DNA of 64,000 nt from Monocercomonoides exilis PA203 (Eukaryota; Protista; Preaxostyla), in assembly GCA_001643675.2 (NCBI GenBank), contig LSRY02000012.1, positions 930,001 to 994,000 on the forward strand, given 5' to 3'. Both the position numbers and the translations under genes were made by a program. How positions within the stretch are numbered: position 1 is the stretch's first letter; every line of letters starts with the position of its first letter. Under the pieces are notes generated by a model. That model saw only the letters and a program-made list of their open reading frames with translations. It searched no databases and was not told the DNA's origin. Shown in pieces: positions 1-9,000 of the stretch.

Positions 1-3000
1 AGTCGCGCCCCTCGTTTCATCACTACCTCATCCCCTCAGATTCTGTCACTGGTCGGTGGAGGTGTGTCATCCAACATCTTCACCACGTCTGCTGGCTCAA
101 CCTCAGTCAACGGCACAGCTGACATGCACTGCCCAACACTCACTGTGTCTGCCTTGTATCCAGTTTTGTATGCACTCACGAAGGACATCGAGACTCTTTC
201 AAGCTCACTCATCCAGGCGACTGCAAAGGGAGCAGATTTGTCTGGCGGCAGGTTCGGGAAAGGGAGGGAAGCGATTGCGAACAGCACGCTTCTGCCTTCA
301 CAGATCTTCGGAAACAGCGTTTCGGGTGGAGGAGAAAAAGGAACATCACAAAATCCACACACCAGAGTCGCACAGACAGTGACGGATGAGACGATCCTGG
401 TGAATGGAGCCTCGCGAGTCTTCAACATGCTCGTGGACGCGATCAACCCTGTCTTGTCGCCTTTGGCTTTCCACAGGGCGAATGCTGCAGTGGCAAAGGC
501 TCGCCGCTCAATCGCTTCATCTGCAGCTACCCCGAGCGAAAAGGACGCAATCACACAGAACTTTTCGATCACAGCCCCACCAATGACTCCTCAATCTATT
601 GCATCGCCAATGGTGTCGTCTCCTGTGTTATCTTCTGCATCTGGACCTCCTCTGAGCCCAACTGGCTATTCAACAGCATCCTCATCACTGAACAACGGAA
701 ATGTGCTGTTCACCCCCACACTCACCCTCCCTCCGTCAACCGCGTCTTCGCTGCTCCCAACCTTCATCAGCACAACCATCGCTCAGCATTGTTCTCTTTC
801 TTCCTTCCGCGAATCGCTTCTTCTTCTCGTCGATGCCACAAAGCAGGCTGCTGCTGAGCACCGTGTGATTGCTTCGTCACTGCAGAGGAGCTACCCGTCT
901 TCTGCACTCCCTGCTGACATGCTCACTTTGTGTGACACAGAAGGCGACTTTGCCGAGGCAAGGGACTTCTTCTCTGCCATCGACGAGCCGCTGCTGAAAA
1001 AGACGCTGGCTGATGATGATGCATTGCTACGTGTTCTGTTGTGTGCAGAGTTCTCAGAAATGCTGGCAATAGATGCTGATCCACAGGGCTGTGCATTCAC
1101 TTCTTCTAACAACGTCTGTGGAGGACTGACATTCACCCCGTCTCGTGCCATCTTCGGAGAAACGGAGAATTCTTTGAAGAATCCATCGTCCGCCTTCTTC
1201 TCACCAACTGATAATGCCATGATCAATCCATTTTCTGATCCTTCCATCCAAATCATTCTTCCCTCAGACAACCAAAAGGCTTTGCGCGTATCACTCGGTG
1301 GCTTCTTATTCACCGCAGACAAAACGTGGGACGGCTTCCAGTTCAACCAGCAGAGCCATAAAAGAGACGAGGATACGAAAATGCGTCATTTCCCATGTGG
1401 AGTTAGATGGGACGGGAGCGACTGCAGCGAGCAGTTTGTGAGCAACGATGGTGCAGTCCAGTTAGACACAGTGCGAAAGAGGAGGACTTTAAGCATTACT
1501 AGCACTCCTCTCTCATCAAAGCGCATTGGAGGAGGTGGTGGTGGTGGATCCCGGCTGACTGACAGCACACAGCCGCATCAGTCTCCCAGCGGGCTAAGCA
1601 CATCGTCCACAGACGATCTCACCGCAACTGCTGATCTTCTGTCTCTGATGCGACTGGACTCCTCACGCGACACAGCACAGCACGTCTCCTTCAACCGGCT
1701 GCGGGCGTTGTTTGCTTCACCTTTGATCGACCCTGCCGAATACACTGTTGTTGAAGAGCTTCCGTCTTTCCTTCTCTCACAGCTGCTGTCGAGGCTGTGC
1801 CTGTTTGACCCGCCAATAAGGACACGCTACTTCAAGCCAGAGGACTCGCTTCTCGTGGCGGTGGGGTGCTGCCAGGACAAAGAAGGCGCGGGGGCACCAG
1901 ACAGACAGTACTGGAAACACTCATTTGGCCAGCTGCCTTCGTTTGAGGAGTGGAACGAGCAGTTTGTCGACCAAATCGCTCAGTCGTATCCTGTACAGCT
2001 GAATGTCACAGCGCATCCACCTGCTTCGTTTGTGGCTGCTTCACCGTATTTTTCGGCTGCTTCGCTTTCTTCTTCATCATCTTCTGCTTCTTCCTCTTCC
2101 TCTTCCTCCTCTTCTTTCTCGAGCCCATTAGCAGCCTCATCGTCGTCTCTTCTGCCATTGCCTGAGGTTTCAACAGACACAGAAATTCTCATTTCTTCTC
2201 ATCAACCATCCGCCTCTGACTCCAAAAAGACTAACCAGCACTCTCTCAGTCGCTCTCCCTCTGGTGTGATGAAGGCAAGCAGAAGCCAGCTGCCACCAAA
2301 CATCGCCACACAGCCAGTTCCCGAAGCTCCACAGCCAACAGAAGAATCTTATCTGAACGGCACAGCTGTTCGACCACTGCCCACAACAAGTGCTTCTCTT
2401 CCTCGTCACCCTGGCTGCACGAACTTCGGGCGTCCCTTCATCACCGAGCAGTTCTCGTCATATTCAGCACCAAGACGGCAGGTGAATGTGCGGGCGGTGC
2501 TGGAGCGTTGCGGTCCTTCAGTTGAGCTGAGAATAGCAGCAGTGCACAGACGAGGCCACGTGTTCACAATGGCCAGAAGATGCACTTTCAGACTGATGGA
2601 CGCAGCAGAAGAGGACACACGTATAAATTCGCTTTGCGGGACAGCCGCTGCAGCGTTTGTGGTGGCGCTGAATGAGATTGCAGACAGCGTCCCGATCTCA
2701 GCCGTCAACACCAGCTATGCTGCTGCACTCAGAGCGTGCTTGTCGAAGTCACCGCCAGTCAGCCAGCCACCATTTGCGGTGCCTTCTGCTCCGTCTCAGT
2801 CGTCTGCTTTGCCTGAACCAGCTGCCTCGCCAGTCGCATCTCGCTCTCCTTCGATGGCTGTGCTGCCTTCTGTTGCAACTGCTCAAGTCTCTCCAGCAAG
2901 CAAGCAGCTTCCGTCACCACTGACCAACAACATCTTCACTCCATTCTCTTCCTTCTCTCCTCTTCTACTGTCTCTCTTCCGCTCGATGTTTGTGTCGCGC

Positions 3001-6000
3001 TCCATCGACATCGCCGTCGCTTTCTGCGAGGCGGCGCAGTCGGCTTTGACTCGCATCAGCCAAAGACTGACAATTGGAGGCGTCTCCTCTGCAATCACTG
3101 GAGGATTCAATCTGACTGACCAAAGCTCGATGAGTGGTGGTGCGAACACCCTCATATCATCTGCTTCGCCTTCTGCTTCTTCATCCACTACTGGATTTGC
3201 CATGCTTGCTTCATCCTCCTCCTCCTCATCATCATCATCCTCGTCTACTTCTTCAGCCTTGTCTTCTCCCACGCGAAAGAAGGATCTACCAGAAGATCTT
3301 GTGAAATCTGGCTATCTTGCCCAGCAGCTGTCTCCAGCCACAATCAATCAGAATGTGCCACTGGAAGATATCGAGCAGCAGCTGAAGCGAATTATGCGTC
3401 TTCCTCTTCAGTCGATGTTCATTGCAGCCACACACCGCGCTTTACTTCCTGCGAAATGGCAGGCACCCGTTGTGAAAGCGCTCACTTCAGGACAAATAGT
3501 CTCAAGTGCTGTGAAATCAGCAGCGAATGAGCTGAGTGCTGAGCTGGCTGAACAAGAAGGGCTGACAGACTCAGACGAAATGGCTGCGCCTTCTGCGTCT
3601 CCACCGCCTGGAATGAAAGGTGTGTTCTCACCTTCGACTTTCTCAATCGGCCAACCACGAGATGGCAATAACTACAACAACAATAGCAATAATAACCTCA
3701 AGACAGCTGCATACTCTTCTCTGTCACCTGCTTCCCTGTCTTTGTCGAATCCTGTTTCAAACACACGCCAGCCAGTTGGACTGCGCTATGTATCGTCTCC
3801 CACTCACACAGCAACATTCAACGACAAAACAACTGCCTCCATGCGTCTGTTTATGAAGACACAGGAAGTTACCACGAAGAAGAATGCGAATCCGTTGAAT
3901 GCTGCGGCTGGCCAGACTTTCTCTCCACTTGCTTCCACATCTGCCACATCCGCAGAGCAATCTTCTCCAATCTTTCCTCCTCCTTCTTCTCCCATTTCCT
4001 CCTCCACACCCCAGATGTCTGTTTCATCTTCTGTACAGTCATCGCAATCTGCTTTGCAATCATTTGAGGTGACATATTCAACCAGAAGCGGGATGGTTGT
4101 GTCTGTCAACAGCAGCGACGGTACAATCAGATTGTCGCATGCACCAGCCAGTGGCGAAGGAAACACGACTTTTGGAAGAGGAATGGGAAACATGCTGATG
4201 CCGAACAAGAACGAGATCACCACACAGGCACTTATTTCACAGAAGGAAGCCGAATGCAGAGAGATGGTGAACAGAGCAATAGCCATTGCAACGAACAGAG
4301 GAAGAGAAGGGATTCAAAGATACCGAAGAGGAGAAACAGTACATGGGCTCACCCAGCCAGTGACTAACTCTGAACCAGAAGCTGGCGATGTTGCTGAAGA
4401 AAAACCAGCAGCAAAGCAGTCAAAGAAGCCTGAGAAGCAAGCATCAAGCGTTTCTATCGTAGACAAAGGCAGCAAAGGAGAAAAGAAACTGAAATCCAAA
4501 AATGAAAGAGGCAGATCATCACAGAGCAATCTCCACGTAGAGCCAGACACGCTCAACACAACACAGAACATGGCAATTGACCCATTGTCTTTAAGTGCAG
4601 AGGAGATGGAGGTGTTCAGACGTTGCTACACACGCTCGCTGTACGATGCTTTGTCTCGCAATGGACTTGCATCTGTCTTCTTTGAGAGCGAAAATGACTC
4701 ATCTTCACCGAAAGCAGGAAATAAAAAGACCTCATGGGCTGACATTGACGGAGGAGAAAAAGACTGGGGGACAATCTGCAGACAGCGCAATTGGTCTACG
4801 GAGAGCTTTGAAGATCTCGACACCTCGTCAGAATTCAACTCTGCGTTTCCGGCGTTTCCAGATGCTGCAGACGCGCCTTCAACTCCAGACACTTCTATTC
4901 GCATGTCTCCTCTTGCTTCAACTGCCTCTCTGATAAACTCTTCTTCCTCCTCATTTTCTCAGCCTCCGTTCACTTCATACTCAACTCCACATCATCCTCT
5001 GTCCACCCAGTCGCCTCCAACTGAGTGTGAGCGTATCATCCGCGGAATGGGAACATCAATTGTCCGCCTGTCAACCGGCGCTGTGGCTGTGCTGCTGGCA
5101 AACGGCGATGTTTCGGCGTGCTCAGGCAACGAGTGGGTATCTGTCGGAAAGGACGGACGAAGAGTCGCCCGCCCTCTTTTCTCGTTCCCGCTCATCTCAG
5201 AAGACGATCCGTTGACTGCAGCTTGCTTCAAAGAAGTCTCTTTCCCACTTTCCGTACCAGTTGATTCTGAGGGGCTTCCACAACTTTCATCAATCTCAGA
5301 AAAGAACGAAGATATTTGTCTAAATAATGAGAAACTGGAGTCAATAGCAGAAGTGGAGAGTCCACCTGAGCCTCTTCAGATCACTGAACAGGAACCAACT
5401 GACACAACATCAACTACACAGACCAACGAAGAACAAGAAGAAACCAAAATTCAATCAGCTTTATCACAAACGCAGACTACTTTACCAACTGTTAACCAGA
5501 GCCCATCTCTCGGATCGCTTCGTCTTCCTCCTTCATTCCCCTGCCCTGAGGCACTTTCAAACATCGCTGCTGCAGAAAGCATCGACGCTACACTTTCTGC
5601 CCGAATAACCACTCGAAGTGACCATGTCACAGTCATTCAGCATCAGACAGGAGAGAGGCTGGTGCACCACGCAGATGGCACACGAATCTTCCATTCATTC
5701 TCGTTTGCGTGCGATGACGAGGCTATTGCGCATTACGAGGCAGAGACAGGAAACAAGGCTCCGATGAAAGCTATCATTTGCGTGGAGCACCCAAATACAC
5801 CACGTGTGCTGATACATCTTGTGCAGAAAAAGCTTGCCAGCATCTTTGGAGGAAGAGAACAGTCATCTCCTCTTTCTCGCTCAACCACAACTCAATCTTC
5901 TCAGCAGAGCCTAGCGCCTGCTGATGTGTGGGTGCGAGACCGAATTGTGGTCGTGATGCCAGACGGTGCTGCAATCGAATGGTCAGCCAACGAAAAGAAG

Positions 6001-9000
6001 ATTGTTCTGTCAAAGCCAGACAACACACACATCCACTACTCTTCAAATGGAACAGTGTCTGTGTTTGTGGAGAACAGCTCAAGACGAGCTCCACCAACGG
6101 TCGGCGTGACTGGCCGCCTTCCTCTCCTTTTCTTCAACACGCTCGAAGGCACATTGGCTGTCCGCCCATCCAAACGGTCTCCTCCAATTCCTGTTCCATC
6201 TTCATCAGAAAGGCAGGTTCCTCAGATCAAACTGGTGCCAAGCCAGCAGCCAACAACTCCAACTTTGCCATCACCAACCAGTGTTGAGTCACGTGCACAA
6301 AGCGATCCATCCACACAGACAGAAGAAGCCACTCCCCCACCACCTCCCCCGCTCCTCCAATCTGCTTCAACGATGACTTCTGTAAAGAGGAGCACAGCAC
6401 GAAAAGTGTTTGTAACTTCAATGGAAGGCATTGCATCATGGACAATGGCGAAAAACATGCGTTCTGCAACCATTGCACGCAAAGTCAACGGAGCATTTCT
6501 GCCGATGTTGTTTGGACAAGGCTTAGATGAAAGCTATGGAATATCAAATCAGCCGTCGTTTGGTTCAACGCAAAGCAACATTTCATCGAATCTGAATTCC
6601 TCGTCATACTACAAAAACAGCACAGGTGCACCCCAGTTGATATCTTCGGGAGCTGTTTCGTCTGAGGAAAGCAGATGTTGCTCTGCGTCTGTTCTTTCTG
6701 GCTGCTCACTTGTCGATTCCATCACAGCATATCCAGGCGCTGAGGACAGAGACTCGCCAGAGTGGATGGAGAAGAAAGTGAAAGAGATGAAGCAGCTGAA
6801 AGATCGACTGGAGGCTGAGGCTGCTGAGGAGGCACGCAAAAAGAGAAGGAAAGAGATACAAGATGCAAAGATGAGAACAATTCAGTCAGCTACATCTGAA
6901 AGCTCAGAATCTGCTAAAGCAGTAAAGTCAAGTATTCACACACCAAGCACCTCAATTGTCGATGCATCGATGGCACAGCAGGCAATGAATCGTGATATTA
7001 ATACTGGAGAAGCAACAGCTGACGATGAAACCAAAAGCAAAGGGCAAGCCGATACGAAAGAGGAGGAAGAGAAAGCTGCTGCTGAAAGGAAAGCACGCAG
7101 CCAGATTTCATTGGCCAGACAGCGCTGGATTGCACGTCTGGCAGCGCTTCATCTTCACCAAATGGAAAAAGTAGCAGAGTTTGTGAAAGAAGCAGATGCT
7201 GTCTTTCAACCCACAAGAACGCCTCAAGACAGCGCTTATGCTGCTTCATCGCCTTCTCTTCCTTCTCACGCAGCGGCCAGTCGCGAGCCGATGCGTGTGC
7301 TTCCAAGACTGTTTGTTATCCGTCCTGATAAATCTGGATTTGAGCTCCACAACAAACACGCTGTAAGACGGCTCTATCCACGCTGCAATGACCTACAAAA
7401 GAGCAAAAACATGGACATTTTCACTGCAGCAGCATCTGATTTCCCAACTCAAATCAAAAAGATAATTGCACAGCACAACATTCACACAGGCAAAAGTGGT
7501 TCTGCAGCCACAAATGAAACAGGGCAGTCATCTTCATCAACAGAGAGAGCAGAATTATTTGATCCATCACAATTCACATTGGATATCATATCATCTGTTA
7601 TTAATTCATTTGAAAGCAGCAGCGGCAATTCCACAGAACTAAACACTCAGCGAAGCAGCCAAAAACAGGCAGACGTCGACAACGGATCACTCGCAAACAT
7701 CAGCCACTTACATGAAGAGCATGTTCAGTCTATTTTGTGCAGAGCTTCAGAATCAATTCCTGTTATTTCTCCGGTGCTTCATCTTGGAGCAATTAATGCT
7801 GTGCAGTATTTGTCGCAATTCTCCGGAAACAATACAAGCTTGGAGCGATCTTCTTCACAATCTAATGTTAATGAAGCTTCAGTAAACATTCAAAGAAAAA
7901 GAAATGAGGAAGCATCAGGCTCCACAGATCCATCGAGCAACACTGGCGATTCAACGAATTATGATTCACAATCACAGACACATTCGACTCCAATTGACAG
8001 CGTTCACATCTTTCCTCCATCGAACGTCTTGCCGGCTGGCTCTATTGTTTCTCCTGCACGCATTCCAGCTGAGCATCTCTGCACAACTGATCCACACAGG
8101 GCTCCATTTGCTGTTTACGTCACAGCTCAGACAAAACGCTCTCAAAAGACGAAAGTAGTGAGTGAGGTGAAGAAAATTCCAACAATTGTGTCTTCTGCTG
8201 TGGATTCTGTTGCTGGGCACATGCGCCACTTGTCCGTCTCCCTCAGAAGCAATGCGTCAAGCAGTCAGCTTTCCGTATTTCAGCAAATGGAAAAAGGAGG
8301 AACAATTTCACCCGCTTTCTCTGCTTCAAATCTGGTGTCAACGCCTGTTACATCAGAGGTGAAATACCACCCAGCTGCATTTACAATCGAAAGTACTCCA
8401 GCTCCTGCTCCAGCTCTGACTGTTTCTTATCCACTTGCTTCTTCTCATTTGCCAAACGGGAAAGATCAGCCTTCATTGGTGTGCTCTCAATGCAATCGTG
8501 CAACTTCCTCTTCAAATTCTTCGTATCTGAAGCCACTCCCTGTTGTACACACAACCATAATTCCTTGCACATGCCATCCAGATTCACTAACATGCACATG
8601 TCGTCCTGTTGGCTTTGCCTCCAAAAGTGCAGGTGATGCTTCAGCCTGTGAAGGACCCGCACCTCATCATGCGTTAAGACCAATGTGGACACCATATCAC
8701 ACGGATCTACTGCTATTTGAACCCAAAACATACAGAAAGGACTATTTGCCTCCGTACATCCAGCAGCTTGAGCTGTCTCACAGCCATCTCCAGCAAATCA
8801 TCGATGGACAATGCCCAATTCCTCCTCCACAGTCTTCACAGTCATCTTCTCCACCTTCTGTTCAAACACAGCCACAGCGTATTACACCAATGCCGACAAT
8901 CGCATTTGGTTCAATTGACGCAACAGCCTCAAAGCATAGCATCACTCCTGATCCTGTCTCATCCTCTCAAAGTGCAAACGACACATCATCCACTCCAATC